Below, piece after piece: positions 26,615-37,105 of a DNA stretch of 48,185 nucleotides. The stretch's first letter is position 1. Each line of letters begins with the position of its first letter. Both the position numbers and the translations under genes were made by a program. The notes beneath the pieces were generated by a model, which saw only the letters and a list, made by a program, of their open reading frames with translations, made no database searches and was not told the origin of the DNA. The stretch comes from an uncultured Planctomycetales bacterium (GTDB taxonomy: Bacteria > Omnitrophota > Gorgyraeia > Zapsychrales > Zapsychraceae). The stretch covers positions 1-48,185 of the forward strand of contig CAZIRV010000001.1 in assembly GCA_964541845.1 (NCBI GenBank), read 5' to 3'.

Positions 26615-26773
26615 GAAAAAATTAGAAAATCCGTACTATATGATATACAACTATATACGGCCTTAGTGGATGTTTAGAAACGTTCTGAGATATTATTCAA
26701 CAAAAGATTAATTATGGGAAGCAACGTCTTACAGGTTGGATACTCCTTATTTTCCTCTATTTCTTTCTGATTA

Positions 26774-27787
26774 TCAATCTTCATACACCCCAAAAGAACA
26801 AATGCGATTACGCCCATGCTTTTTCGCGCGATAAAGGGCCCAATCGGCTTTATCAATAAGTTCATTTATTTTTGTGCCGTCATCAGGAAAAGTTGCCGTA
26901 CCGACACTTACAGTAGATTTCGTTGTGGTGTCATAAGCTTTAATAATAGCCTCTTCCGTAGCCTGCCGAATACGCTCCGCGGCATAATGCGCGCCGACAC
27001 GATCTGTATCAGGAAGAACAACGCAAAATTCCTCCCCGCCATAACGCCCGGCAATATCAATCTCACGAATATTATTCCGAACAATCTCTCCAAGCTCACG
27101 AAGAACCTGATCTCCTGTCAAGTGACCATGTTCATCATTAAATTTTTTAAAAAAATCGACATCAATCATTAAAAAAGACATTTTAATCTTACGTACTTTT
27201 GAACGCCTTAATTCCTCTCTTAATCGCTCCATTATATACCTTCGTGTATGGAGCTCTGTCAAACTGTCTGTAATCGCAATCCTTTCAATTTCCTGATAAA
27301 GCTTTACCCGCCTGAGAGCTAGCGCAAACTGATGCGCCAAAATCATAAACTTCTCCTTATCTTTTTTTACAAGCCCTTCCACAGCGAGACACCCGATTTT
27401 CCGACGTTTTCCTTTTAAAGCAAATAAAAGATACCCTTCATTTTCTAAAACTTTTACCTCTTTTGAAAGTGGGTCTAAAAAACGACATTGTTTAAACCTC
27501 ACATGCGCGCCCAATTTATTTTTAAAAATTCCAAAGGCTTCTTCTTCATTCAGGCTTCGCGTAATTTCTTTAGTGATTTCATATAAGGTAAAAATCTCCA
27601 ATGCTTCATTTTCCAAAACGATTTTTTTTTCAAACAAAACCTTTTGCTTATCTGACAACTGTTTAACTCCTCGCTGTGCAACCAACATTTCTTCCTCAAG
27701 CTTAAGCTGTGCTCTTGAGGCCGCCTTTTTCACACAACGCATGACAACAGCAATGTAAATAATTCCTAATAAAGGGGCTATAATCAT
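26774..27787 (-). CDS. Diguanylate cyclase (TM + degenerate GAF-like + GGDEF, I-site present)
   Basis: Active site RYGGEEFCVVLPD, with RxxD (REID) five residues upstream. The start overlaps the upstream stop (ATGA). Confidence 0.85.
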   Translation of the reverse strand: MIIAPLLGIIYIAVVMRCVKKAASRAQLKLEEEMLVAQRGVKQLSDKQKVLFEKKIVLENEALEIFTLYEITKEITRSLNEEEAFGIFKNKLGAHVRFKQCRFLDPLSKEVKVLENEGYLLFALKGKRRKIGCLAVEGLVKKDKEKFMILAHQFALALRRVKLYQEIERIAITDSLTELHTRRYIMERLREELRRSKVRKIKMSFLMIDVDFFKKFNDEHGHLTGDQVLRELGEIVRNNIREIDIAGRYGGEEFCVVLPDTDRVGAHYAAERIRQATEEAIIKAYDTTTKSTVSVGTATFPDDGTKINELIDKADWALYRAKKHGRNRICSFGVYED

Positions 27788-29028
27788 TGCGCCGCCTCCA
27801 CTCTGTTCCTTCCCTTTGCCTTTGCCTTATATAAAGCCATATCCGCTTTATGAATGAGATCTTCTTTATTGTGAGCATCTATAGGAAATGTCGCGACTCC
27901 AATGGAAACAGTAACATGCGTTTTTTCTCTTCTTAAAATAATTGTCTGTTCTTTAACTTTTTTACACACCCCCCGAGCTAATTCTACTGCCCTCTCTTTA
28001 GAGCACTCCGGCAATAAAACACAAAATTCTTCGCCACCGTAACGACAGACCAAATTTCCTGGTTCTTTAAAAAAATCTGTTAAAATCATACTAAATGTTC
28101 GTAAAACAATGTCTCCCGCGATGTGCCCGAATTTATCATTATATTCTTTAAATTTATCCAAATCAAACATTAGAAAAGACAGCTCTGTTTTCTGTCGAAG
28201 ATGCCGACTGATTTCTTTAGGAATTCTTTCCTGAAGATATCGACGTAAGTACAAATCGGTTAAACTATCTTTTATAGCTAACTGCTCCACCTGCCCATAT
28301 AACTGGGCATTCTCAATAGCAATCGCCCCTAAATCTCCAATAGTTGTTAAAAAACGTAAATCCTCCGTTGTAAAATGCTTTTCGTGCGGGCTATCAATCC
28401 GTAATATTCCCAACGCCTTATTTCCCACCATTAAAGGCACACTAATAATTGAACGAATCGCTCTGGCGTCTTCCACCACAATCTTATCCATGTCAAAACG
28501 ATAGTCGCTTCGTGTATCTTCAACCAATAAAGGCTGCATGACCCGAACAATCCATTGATCAAAAATGTCCCCTTTTTTTGACTTAATATTAACCCTCATT
28601 TGTCCTTTTTTTGAAGAAGAAAGCCCCAGCTCTCCCGTTTTAGAATGAAAAAGATAAAGAATAATCGTTGTTTCATCATCTCCAAAAAGTTGATCCACCT
28701 CGGCAGAAAGGGTCTTAGATGTATCCTCCAAAGACAAACACATGCTCAATTTTTCTGTCATATCTTTAAGATAAACCGCGTTAATAATTTTTTCCTGGCA
28801 GGAGGAAATAGCCTGCTCTTCCTGTTCTATTTCCACTTCCAACAAATTCTTTTGTTCCGCGTAATTCTGAATTTGTAAAGAAGCCTCTGACCCTTTTTTA
28901 AGAAGAGAGCTTCGAACATGAATAAGAAAAAAAATGATAATTAATATGCTTATGGTAAGAAACACAAAAAAAGAATTATGAAAAAAAGTAGCAAAAATAA
29001 AAAAGCCGAGCAGAGGAATAACAAACAT
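27784..29028 (-). CDS. Diguanylate cyclase (2 TM + coiled coil + GAF + GGDEF, no I-site)
   Basis: GAF core VPLMVGNKALGILRIDS and active site RYGGEEFCVLLPE. The I-site position reads EPGN. ATG at 29028 chosen; the track start at 29082 is a TTG that overlaps the ABC gene by 32 nt. Confidence 0.8.
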   Translation of the reverse strand: MFVIPLLGFFIFATFFHNSFFVFLTISILIIIFFLIHVRSSLLKKGSEASLQIQNYAEQKNLLEVEIEQEEQAISSCQEKIINAVYLKDMTEKLSMCLSLEDTSKTLSAEVDQLFGDDETTIILYLFHSKTGELGLSSSKKGQMRVNIKSKKGDIFDQWIVRVMQPLLVEDTRSDYRFDMDKIVVEDARAIRSIISVPLMVGNKALGILRIDSPHEKHFTTEDLRFLTTIGDLGAIAIENAQLYGQVEQLAIKDSLTDLYLRRYLQERIPKEISRHLRQKTELSFLMFDLDKFKEYNDKFGHIAGDIVLRTFSMILTDFFKEPGNLVCRYGGEEFCVLLPECSKERAVELARGVCKKVKEQTIILRREKTHVTVSIGVATFPIDAHNKEDLIHKADMALYKAKAKGRNRVEAAQ

Positions 29029-29050
29029 GGCCGTGCAGGGGTAGGGGGAA

Positions 29051-30154
29051 CTAAATAATGGTTTTTTCAGTTTTTTGATCAAAGAAATGTACCTTGCTCA
29101 TATCAAATACAAGATCCATGTCCTTATTGACTTCCGGACGATTATGGGCACCAACACGCGCGATGAAAGAACTTTTTCCGGAATTCAAATATAAGTAGAC
29201 CTCGGATCCTAAAGGTTCAACAACCTCACATATCGCCCGAACTGTATTTTCCGGCGGGGCTTCGGATACAAATAATTTATCATAAATATCTTCCGCACGA
29301 ACTCCAAAAGTGACTTCTTTCCCCTCATAAGGAGTCATCGCCTTATACATTTCTTCTACCAGTTTAACCTGAAATTTTCCTTCATCAAAATAAAATTTTC
29401 GTTCTTTTTTAATAATTCGTCCTTCCATCAAATTTATCGGAGGCGAACCTAAAAAACCTGCCACAAATTTATTAGCAGGTTTGTCATAAATGGTCATTGG
29501 ATCAGCACATTGATGAATCTCTCCATCCTTCATAACAACAATTCGATCCCCTAAAGTCAACGCCTCAGTCTGATCATGCGTAACATAAAGAAACGTTGTC
29601 TGCAAACGAAGACGTAATTTATGAATTTCTGTCCGCATTTGTACACGCAATTTCGCGTCCAGATTACTCAAAGGCTCATCAAATAAAAATGCTGTTGGCT
29701 TGCGAACAATAGCTCGCCCTAAGGCTACACGCTGACGTTCTCCACCGGAAAGCTGTTTTGGTTTACGGCTCAACAAGTGTTTAATTCCTAATATTTCCGT
29801 AGCCTCCATAACACGCCGCTCAATTTCCTGTTTAGGATATTTACGGAGACGAAGTCCAAACGACATATTTTCAAAGACAGACATATGCGGATAAAGCGCG
29901 TAATTCTGAAAGACCATGGCAAGATCACGATCTTTAGCCTGCACATCATTAACCAATCGGTCACCTATCCAAACCTTACCTTCACTAATTTCTTCCAAAC
30001 CCGCAACCATGCGTAAAGTCGTTGACTTTCCACATCCGGAAGGCCCAACAAGAACCATAAATTCTTTATTCTCAATTCCAATGTTGACGTTATTAACTGC
30101 CTTTACGCCACCTTTATAAATTTTGGAAACATTCTGTAAACTAATTTGAGCCAT
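29051..30154 (-). CDS. ABC transporter ATP-binding protein (MalK/UgpC/MsmX-type with C-terminal regulatory domain)
   Basis: Walker A GPSGCGKST, signature LSGGERQR, Walker B FLFDEP. Confidence 0.9.
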   Translation of the reverse strand: MAQISLQNVSKIYKGGVKAVNNVNIGIENKEFMVLVGPSGCGKSTTLRMVAGLEEISEGKVWIGDRLVNDVQAKDRDLAMVFQNYALYPHMSVFENMSFGLRLRKYPKQEIERRVMEATEILGIKHLLSRKPKQLSGGERQRVALGRAIVRKPTAFLFDEPLSNLDAKLRVQMRTEIHKLRLRLQTTFLYVTHDQTEALTLGDRIVVMKDGEIHQCADPMTIYDKPANKFVAGFLGSPPINLMEGRIIKKERKFYFDEGKFQVKLVEEMYKAMTPYEGKEVTFGVRAEDIYDKLFVSEAPPENTVRAICEVVEPLGSEVYLYLNSGKSSFIARVGAHNRPEVNKDMDLVFDMSKVHFFDQKTEKTII

Positions 30155-30239
30155 AAAAAAAACCTTTTAAATAATTAAAGAAAAGTTATTCTAATCAAAA
30201 ATTTTCAAAAATGCAATAATTTTATTACCTTACTTCTTC

Positions 30240-31085
30240 TTAATTTTTATCTGTGTATTCTATAATTTGACTAATCTTTTGGACTAAATTTTTACGCAAC
30301 ACAATCATATCAATAAGCCCGTGCGCTAAAAGAAATTCGGAACGCTGAAACCCTTCCGGTAATTTTTGACGAATTGTCTGCTCAATAACTCTTGGCCCGG
30401 TAAAACCTATTAATGCTCGAGGTTCCGCCATAATCACATCGCCCACTCCAGCAAAAGAAGCCATAATCCCCGCCATAGTAGGATTGGTTAAAATCGAAAT
30501 ATGCAAAAGCCCTGCCTTCCCATGTTTAGCCAATGCGGCACATGTTTTAGCCATCTGCATTAAAGAAAAAACGCCTTCATACATTCTCGCGCCCCCACCG
30601 GAACCTGAAATGATAATCACAGGACTTTTATTCTCCGTGGCAAACTCAATAATCCGTGTAATCCGTTCTCCAACAACTGACCCCATCGACCCCATAATAA
30701 AGCGAGAATCCGTAACAGCAATGGCCACTTCTCTACCTTTAATTTGACCATGCCCGGTAATAACCGCATCTTTTAATCCCGTAGCCTTACGATCAGCTTC
30801 TAACTTTTCCAGATAAGTCTTTGGACCCCTGAATCTAAGAGGATCGCCTGATATTAAATTTGCATCTCTCTCCTGAAAGGTTCCATTATCAAAAATGGAC
30901 TCTATTCTTTGATGCGCGTTTAATAAAAAATGATAATTACATTTTGGACAAGTGTTTAAATTGTTTTCTAATTCCTTCTTATAGGCAGGAGCTTGACACT
31001 CTGGACATTTCATCCAGAGCCCTGCAGGGATTTCTTTTTTCTTAATATTAATCAGTGTATATTTTTTTCTACCAAAAAGTGCCAT
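30240..31085 (-). CDS. accD: Acetyl-CoA carboxylase carboxyltransferase subunit beta
   Basis: N-terminal zinc ribbon CPECQ...CPKC followed by a carboxyltransferase domain. Collinear with E. coli AccD from the first residues. Confidence 0.9.
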   Translation of the reverse strand: MALFGRKKYTLINIKKKEIPAGLWMKCPECQAPAYKKELENNLNTCPKCNYHFLLNAHQRIESIFDNGTFQERDANLISGDPLRFRGPKTYLEKLEADRKATGLKDAVITGHGQIKGREVAIAVTDSRFIMGSMGSVVGERITRIIEFATENKSPVIIISGSGGGARMYEGVFSLMQMAKTCAALAKHGKAGLLHISILTNPTMAGIMASFAGVGDVIMAEPRALIGFTGPRVIEQTIRQKLPEGFQRSEFLLAHGLIDMIVLRKNLVQKISQIIEYTDKN

Positions 31086-31088
31086 AAT

Positions 31089-31163
31089 AAAAAAATAGGG
31101 ACAGACACCTATTTTAATAATAATTTTATAAATTTTAAAATAGGTGTCTGTCCCTATTTTTTT
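31089..31163. terminator. Perfect 28-bp-stem hairpin (bidirectional terminator-like) ending 4 nt upstream of the accD ATG
   Basis: 31089-31116 pairs without mismatch with 31136-31163 (core tagggacagacaccta), with a 19-nt AT loop. An A-run and T-run are incorporated into the stem. Confidence 0.7.
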
Positions 31164-31184
31164 CTATTTTTTTTTATTTTAATT

Positions 31185-32450
31185 TTAATCCATTTTGTAC
31201 ACTGTCAAACCGGACAACACTTTTGGATAAAAATAGGTTGTCTTTGGTGGCATTTTTTCTCCATTAAGCGCAATGGCTTTTAATTGAGAAATTTTCACCG
31301 CGTTCATCACAAAACCGGCATCCGCGGTTCCTTCATCCACCATGCCAGTCACCTCATCTAAATCTTTTGTGTAAAGGATATCATCAGAAGCCACACCCAC
31401 TCGATCAAAAATAAAATATTTTAAAATTGTGGCGTCCAAACTTTTATAATCTTTAGATCCTTCCTTAATATATTCTTCAATCAATAACTTATTTTTTAAC
31501 CTCAACAACTTAATCCCTTCTTGTGTATATAACCCAAATGCATGCTCATTCTGGCCTGCTTTCGCCAAAAGAATTAAGAGATCATTTTTATTTTTTACTT
31601 TATCAATTCTAAAAAAATCTTCTAAAAAATCTAAATTTTCCGGTAAATGTTTAACAATCCGATGCATAGGAAAAATCTGAAGCTCTTTTGAATCAATATT
31701 TGTAAAATACGTCATTACATAATTAAAAGGCTCTTCCCCTGTCGCATTTGGATTGCGATTCAACCTTGATTGACGGTATTGGGTAGCGACTTTAAAACGG
31801 TGATGCCCATCGGCAATAAACAAATGCTGCCCTGATAGCGAACCATTAATCTCTTCGATTAATTCTTCATCATCCAATCTCCATAATTTATGCTTTACAT
31901 TATCATCATCTTCTACATCAATCAGCGGGCGAGTAGACAAAATATATTTATTAAAAATTTTTTCTACCTTCTTTTGCCTGTCTGAATAACACACAAAAAT
32001 ACAACTTAAATTTGAATTCAAACTTTTTGTTAAAGAAAGACGGTCATTAACGGCCTTGGTATGTGTTTTTTCATGAGGATAAACACGTGAGTCTTCCTCA
32101 TTCTGCAGTTCCATCAAAGAAATAAATCCTAATCGGCTATATTTCTGTCCACGGATTTTATATTCTTGCTTATAAAAATAAATTCCTGGTTTTTCATCCT
32201 GAATCATAATTTTTTTCTTTAACCAGTCTTCAAATATTTTTTTTGCCCGCGTATATTTATTATTCTCCTTATCATCATTCTTTTTGTCTTTGGCTAAATC
32301 AATATGTGTAAAATTATATGGACTCAAATTATGGAACTGCGTCTGCTCTTCTTCGGATATCACATCATAGGGAGGACACATAACTTTTTGAAAATCTTCC
32401 ACTTTTTCTTTGCTATAATAAACTGCTCGAAATGGTTTAATATTTGACAT
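31185..32450 (-). CDS. DUF1015 family protein
   Basis: MSNIKPFRAVYY N-terminus and the conserved FIADGHHRF motif. Start set at the ATG at 32450, because the longer track ORF reads through a repeat-element fragment and a REP hairpin. Confidence 0.8.
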   Translation of the reverse strand: MSNIKPFRAVYYSKEKVEDFQKVMCPPYDVISEEEQTQFHNLSPYNFTHIDLAKDKKNDDKENNKYTRAKKIFEDWLKKKIMIQDEKPGIYFYKQEYKIRGQKYSRLGFISLMELQNEEDSRVYPHEKTHTKAVNDRLSLTKSLNSNLSCIFVCYSDRQKKVEKIFNKYILSTRPLIDVEDDDNVKHKLWRLDDEELIEEINGSLSGQHLFIADGHHRFKVATQYRQSRLNRNPNATGEEPFNYVMTYFTNIDSKELQIFPMHRIVKHLPENLDFLEDFFRIDKVKNKNDLLILLAKAGQNEHAFGLYTQEGIKLLRLKNKLLIEEYIKEGSKDYKSLDATILKYFIFDRVGVASDDILYTKDLDEVTGMVDEGTADAGFVMNAVKISQLKAIALNGEKMPPKTTYFYPKVLSGLTVYKMD

Positions 32451-32632
32451 AATTTTTAACCTTCTTTTTATACCAATTCCATTTAAGGGTTTATAAATAA
32501 CTGCTGCCCTCTTTAACCCATTCAATTGGTCATGCGCCTTACTAAATGGTCGATTATTTCTATACAAACCTACGTAACTACTGTTTTTTGCCATTCCCGC
32601 GAAGACGGGAATTCAGTTGAATTCATGAAAAA

Positions 32633-33034
32633 TTATTTTTTGAAATTGCTATTAATTAACAGGTATAGATATCCCCCTGTTCCACCACCAATGAAATCAG
32701 CCAAAACATCCATTATAGAAGAATCTCTGCCCACAACAAACGATTGGTGATACTCATCACTTAATCCATATAAGAATACTATCCCCCCTACCCATAATAG
32801 AAGATTCTTTCCATATAAATTAATTGGGGCCTGTCCAAACGCTCTGCCTAATAAAAAACCAAAAGGCATATATTCCACAATGTGAAAAACCTTATCAAAA
32901 TTAAACTCACTCAAAGGTATTTTTATGCTAGACAAGGATGAAATATAGAAAATAATACCAGAATAAAAAAGAACTGGAAACCAAAAACTGAAAAAATAAT
33001 ATACTCCAAAAATTTTTCTATTTATGCTACTCAC
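32633..33034 (-). CDS. VanZ-family membrane protein
   Basis: 133 aa, 4 TM, motifs KVFHIVEYMPFGFLL and DEYHQSFVVGRDSSIMDVLADFIGG. The GTG start overlaps the upstream stop (GTGA). Confidence 0.75.
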   Translation of the reverse strand: MSSINRKIFGVYYFFSFWFPVLFYSGIIFYISSLSSIKIPLSEFNFDKVFHIVEYMPFGFLLGRAFGQAPINLYGKNLLLWVGGIVFLYGLSDEYHQSFVVGRDSSIMDVLADFIGGGTGGYLYLLINSNFKK

Positions 33035-33303
33035 GCTTCCGCAGTCGCACAGGCTTCCGTCTTACCTTTACAACAAGGTTTCGAGGGATCTTCCGAACAC
33101 TCACTTTTAGGAGCCTCTTTTTTCTTATAATCTGTTTCGTAAAATCCACTTCCCTTAAAAACAATCCCGCTTCCGGACCCAATTAAGCGATGTAAAGTAT
33201 TTTTTCCACACTCTGGGCATTTTTTGAGCTTTTTATCTAACATCGATTGTAATTCTTCAAACTCATAGTTACAGTGTGAACATTCATATTCATATGTCGG
33301 CAT
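33031..33303 (-). CDS. FmdB-family zinc-ribbon regulatory protein
   Basis: MPTYEYECSHCNYEFEELQSM...CPECG signature. ATG at 33303 with a GGGAGA SD. Confidence 0.8.
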   Translation of the reverse strand: MPTYEYECSHCNYEFEELQSMLDKKLKKCPECGKNTLHRLIGSGSGIVFKGSGFYETDYKKKEAPKSECSEDPSKPCCKGKTEACATAEA

Positions 33304-33386
33304 TTTTATCTCCCTAATCGTAGGGGCGTGATTTACCACGCCCTTTTATTCGTCTTCATATTTTAGGAGTTTGATAAGTACCCCCC

Positions 33387-34535
33387 CTATGAAAATACCT
33401 TTTTTACTTTATCTGCTAAACTCTCCGTTCTTGATTTCGGAATTGTCTTTTCTCCACTAATTTCCGCAAACTCCTCCAAAAGCCTTTTTTGCTCAGAACT
33501 CAATCGCGTCGGCACCTGAAGCATCACTCTGACATATTGATCCGCGCAAACTCCACTGCGTAAATCCGGCATCCCTTTGCCTTTTAAACGAAAAATCCGT
33601 CCACTCTGTGTGCCGACCGGAATTTTCATTTCAACATTTCCATCAATTGTTACAACAGAAACCTCTCCGCCTAAAGCGGCTTTTACAAAACTAACCGGAA
33701 GCTGCATATGTAAATCATTACCATCCCGTTGAAAGATAGCGTGCGAAGGCACATGAATATATAAATAAAGATCTCCCGCACCTCCACTTCCAATTTCCCC
33801 CTCGTTCTGCACTCTTAACCGGGAAGAATTATCTACCCCTGCCGGAATGTTAACTTCAATTTTACGTGTCGCACGCACAACTCCTTTTCCATGACATTTA
33901 GGGCAATATTCTGTGATCGTTTTACCTTGTCCGCCACAAGCTGAACACGTTTGCTGCATCCTGAAAAAACCACTCGACATTATCACCTGCCCTTGCCCTT
34001 TACAAGTACCGCAGGTCTTCATCTTGCTACCGGGCTTGGCTCCTGAGCCCTCACAATGCTTACAATGTTCATTGCGCGGAATCTTAATACTTTTTTTCAC
34101 TCCGGAATAAGCTTCTTCAAGCGTGATATCTATCTCATATTGAATATCCCGACCACGCTGCACGCGCCTTCCCTGACCTCCGCCACCAAAAAAATCAGAA
34201 CCGCCTCCGCCACCAAAAAGCTGACTAAAGATATCTCCCAGGCCTGCTCCTTCAAAAATACTGCCAAAATCAGCTCCGCGGAAAATATCTTCAGAGGTAT
34301 ACTGTTGGTCAATTCCCGCGTGTCCATATTGATCATACATCTGTCGCTTTTTTTGATCAGACAAAACCCCATAGGCCTCAGAAATTTCCTTAAATTTAGC
34401 CTCAGATTCTGCTTTTTTACTTTCTTCTACACGGTCAGGATGATGCCTTAATGCCAAAGAACGATATTTCTTTTTAATCTGCTGTACTGTCGCATCCTTG
34501 GAAACTCCAAGAATTTCATAATAATCTTTTTTCAT
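33387..34535 (-). CDS. dnaJ: Molecular chaperone DnaJ
   Basis: J-domain with HPD, a G/F-rich linker and four CxxCxGxG repeats. Confidence 0.95.
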   Translation of the reverse strand: MKKDYYEILGVSKDATVQQIKKKYRSLALRHHPDRVEESKKAESEAKFKEISEAYGVLSDQKKRQMYDQYGHAGIDQQYTSEDIFRGADFGSIFEGAGLGDIFSQLFGGGGGSDFFGGGGQGRRVQRGRDIQYEIDITLEEAYSGVKKSIKIPRNEHCKHCEGSGAKPGSKMKTCGTCKGQGQVIMSSGFFRMQQTCSACGGQGKTITEYCPKCHGKGVVRATRKIEVNIPAGVDNSSRLRVQNEGEIGSGGAGDLYLYIHVPSHAIFQRDGNDLHMQLPVSFVKAALGGEVSVVTIDGNVEMKIPVGTQSGRIFRLKGKGMPDLRSGVCADQYVRVMLQVPTRLSSEQKRLLEEFAEISGEKTIPKSRTESLADKVKKVFS

Positions 34536-36466
34536 TATTTCTTCTCGTCTTCTGCTTTGAAATCAGCGTCAATGACGTCTTCTTTTTTATCTTCCGGTTT
34601 AGCCGTCCCGGAATCCTGAGTGCCGGCCTGCTGCGAGGCTTCAGGACCCGTGGCTCCAGCACCAGCTCCGGCTGCTTGCTGTTCAGCCGCTGAGGCTTTA
34701 TAAACTTCTTCCGCCAACTTATGACTGGCCTTTTGTAAAGATTCCACGTTGGCTTTAATCTTCCCGATATCTTTTGATTTGATAGCCTCTTTTAAAGCTT
34801 CCAACTCTTTTTCTATATTCGCTTTATCCTCAGCCGAAATTTTATCCCCATAATCCTTTATAGATTTTTCTGTAGCATACAGCGTTGTATTAGCCTGATT
34901 AAGGGTCTCTACTTCCTCTTTTTTCTTTTTGTCTTCCTCAGCATATTTTTCTGCCTCTTTGACCATTTTGTCAATGTCTTCATCAGAAAGCTTAGTCGGT
35001 GCAGTAATCTTAATAGACTGTTCTTTTCCTGTTCCCTTGTCTTTCGCGGAAACATGAACGATTCCATCTGTATCAATATCAAACGTCACTTCTATTTGTG
35101 GAGTACCCCGTGGTGCCGGAGGAATCCCAACCAAATCAAACTTTCCTAGCTCTGTATTATCGTTAGCCATCTGCCGCTCACCCTGCAAAACACGAATAGT
35201 TACCGCAGGCTGATTATCTTCCGCCGTTGAAAAAGTCTGGCTCTTTTTTGCCGGAATGGTTGTATTACGCTCAATAAGCTTTGTCATAACGCCACCCATT
35301 GTTTCAATTCCTAAGGTTAACGGCGTAACATCTAAAAGAAGGATTTCTTTAGCATCTCCCTTAATAATCCCACACTGAACAGAAGCCCCTAAAGCCACAC
35401 ATTCCATAGGGTCAACGCCCCCTTCAATTTTCTGGCCTACTTCTTTTTCCACAAACTGCTGAACAATCGGCATGCGTGTTGGTCCACCCACCAAAATAAC
35501 GCGATCAATCTTAATATCTTCACCCATCTTGGCACTTGCGTCTTTAATCGCCTTATGAATTGGCCCTGAACAACACTCAACTGTTGGAGAAACCAAAGAT
35601 TCTAATTTGGCCCGATCAACAGTTAAATTCAAATGTTTTGGACCGGAAGAATCCGCGGTAACAAAAGGAAGGTTAATATCCGTAGAAATAGTGCTGGACA
35701 ATTCTACTTTGGCTTTTTCTGCGGCTTCCCGCAAACGTTGAAACGCCATTTTATCATTAGTTAAATCAACTCCTGACTCCTTCTTAAATTCTTCGACTAT
35801 ATATTCAATAAGCGTATTGTCCATATCCGTTCCACCAAGATGATTATCTCCATTAGTCGCTAAGACCTCAAATGTAGCAGCTTTATGTTCCTCATCCCAT
35901 CCCATTTCTAAAACAGTTACATCAAGCGTTCCTCCACCAAAATCAAACACCATAATATTCTGTTCTTTTCCTGCCTTATCCAAACCATAAGCCAAACACG
36001 CTGCTGTCGGCTCATTAATAATACGCAAAACCTTTAAACCTGCAATCTCTCCGGCATCCTTAGTTGCCTGACGTTGATTATCATTATAATACGCCGGTAC
36101 CGTGATCACCGCTTCCTCAACCGTTTCGCCAAGATATTTTTCAGCATCCGCCTTAATTTTTTGAAGAATAAACGCGCTGATTTGTTGGGGTGTAAATTCC
36201 TTGCCATCTACTTTAAATTTATGATCCGTTCCCATTTTGCGCTTGGCCGCGTAAATAGTTCCTTCAGAATTCATCGGAGCTTGCCGTCGAGCAGGCTCTC
36301 CAACCAAACGCTGTCCATCTTTCGTAAACGCAACAAATGATGGAAACGCCTTTCCTGATGAAACGCCCGCGCCTTCGGCTGATGGTATAATTGTCGGTCG
36401 ACCGCCTTCCATTACCGCGGCCGCTGAATTTGATGTTCCTAAATCTATTCCAATTGCTTTTCCCAT
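34535..36466 (-). CDS. dnaK: Molecular chaperone DnaK (Hsp70)
   Basis: [14 protein letters not shown] start (ATG 36466, AGGAGA SD 6-7 nt upstream) with full Hsp70 collinearity. Shares 1 nt with the dnaJ start. Confidence 0.96.
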   Translation of the reverse strand: MGKAIGIDLGTSNSAAAVMEGGRPTIIPSAEGAGVSSGKAFPSFVAFTKDGQRLVGEPARRQAPMNSEGTIYAAKRKMGTDHKFKVDGKEFTPQQISAFILQKIKADAEKYLGETVEEAVITVPAYYNDNQRQATKDAGEIAGLKVLRIINEPTAACLAYGLDKAGKEQNIMVFDFGGGTLDVTVLEMGWDEEHKAATFEVLATNGDNHLGGTDMDNTLIEYIVEEFKKESGVDLTNDKMAFQRLREAAEKAKVELSSTISTDINLPFVTADSSGPKHLNLTVDRAKLESLVSPTVECCSGPIHKAIKDASAKMGEDIKIDRVILVGGPTRMPIVQQFVEKEVGQKIEGGVDPMECVALGASVQCGIIKGDAKEILLLDVTPLTLGIETMGGVMTKLIERNTTIPAKKSQTFSTAEDNQPAVTIRVLQGERQMANDNTELGKFDLVGIPPAPRGTPQIEVTFDIDTDGIVHVSAKDKGTGKEQSIKITAPTKLSDEDIDKMVKEAEKYAEEDKKKKEEVETLNQANTTLYATEKSIKDYGDKISAEDKANIEKELEALKEAIKSKDIGKIKANVESLQKASHKLAEEVYKASAAEQQAAGAGAGATGPEASQQAGTQDSGTAKPEDKKEDVIDADFKAEDEKK

Positions 36467-36496
36467 TTTCATTCTCCTCTGATAAAGTAATATTTT

Positions 36497-37105
36497 TTAT
36501 TCCTCTTGTTTAATTTCTCCCTTAATTTCTTCCTTAACTTCCTCTTTCATTTCTCTCTTTTTCGCGACTTTCACTTTAGCTGTTCGAACAACACGGTCGC
36601 CCAGATAATACCCCTTCTGAAACTCCTCCAAAACCGTTCCTTCCTCCACATCGCTTTCCTCCTGCATTAATATTTCATGGCAATTATGATCAAATATCTT
36701 TCCCTTTGTCTCAATCAGTCTAACATTATTTTTACCCAACATTTCATGCACTTGCGCCATAACCATTTCAATTCCTTTTAAAAAAGCTGCGTAATCTTCA
36801 TGCTTTGCCTGAGCAACCTCCACAGAGCGTTCAAGGTTATCCAAAACCCCTAAAAATTCTGTAATTAACTCCTCATTGGCATATTTTACAAAATCACTTT
36901 TTTCTCGCTCCATCCGTTTACGCGCATTATCAAATTCAGCATAGAGACGAATATATTTGTCCTTATATTCCTTTGCCTCTTCAATAAGCTTATTTTTATC
37001 TGATTCCTTAATTTTAATAACCTTATCTTTTTTAACCTTTTTTTTCTCTTCAACTCCCGCTTCTTCTAAAGCAACAGGCTCTTTTTCTGCTTCTTTTATT
37101 TTCAC
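36497..37105 (-). CDS. grpE: Nucleotide exchange factor GrpE
   Basis: GrpE core YIRLYAEFDNARKRMEREK...FDHNCHEILM. The GTG start overlaps the hrcA stop (GTGA). Confidence 0.9.
   Translation of the reverse strand: MKIKEAEKEPVALEEAGVEEKKKVKKDKVIKIKESDKNKLIEEAKEYKDKYIRLYAEFDNARKRMEREKSDFVKYANEELITEFLGVLDNLERSVEVAQAKHEDYAAFLKGIEMVMAQVHEMLGKNNVRLIETKGKIFDHNCHEILMQEESDVEEGTVLEEFQKGYYLGDRVVRTAKVKVAKKREMKEEVKEEIKGEIKQEE

Noticed and set aside
26674-26865. 63-aa ORF overlapping the 3' end of the GGDEF gene and the spacer.
   Set aside because: It overlaps a strongly supported CDS in another frame, has no RBS and has no recognisable features.
32451-32594. Long N-terminal extensions in the ORF track: DUF1015 to 32594, UXS to 10654, the exonuclease to 48140, the acidic protein to 43705, the PD-(D/E)xK protein to 21959, and the GT2 to 2739.
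   Set aside because: The extensions read through repeat elements, hairpins or the upstream gene's coding end. Internal ATGs with SD sequences and family-typical N-termini give better models.
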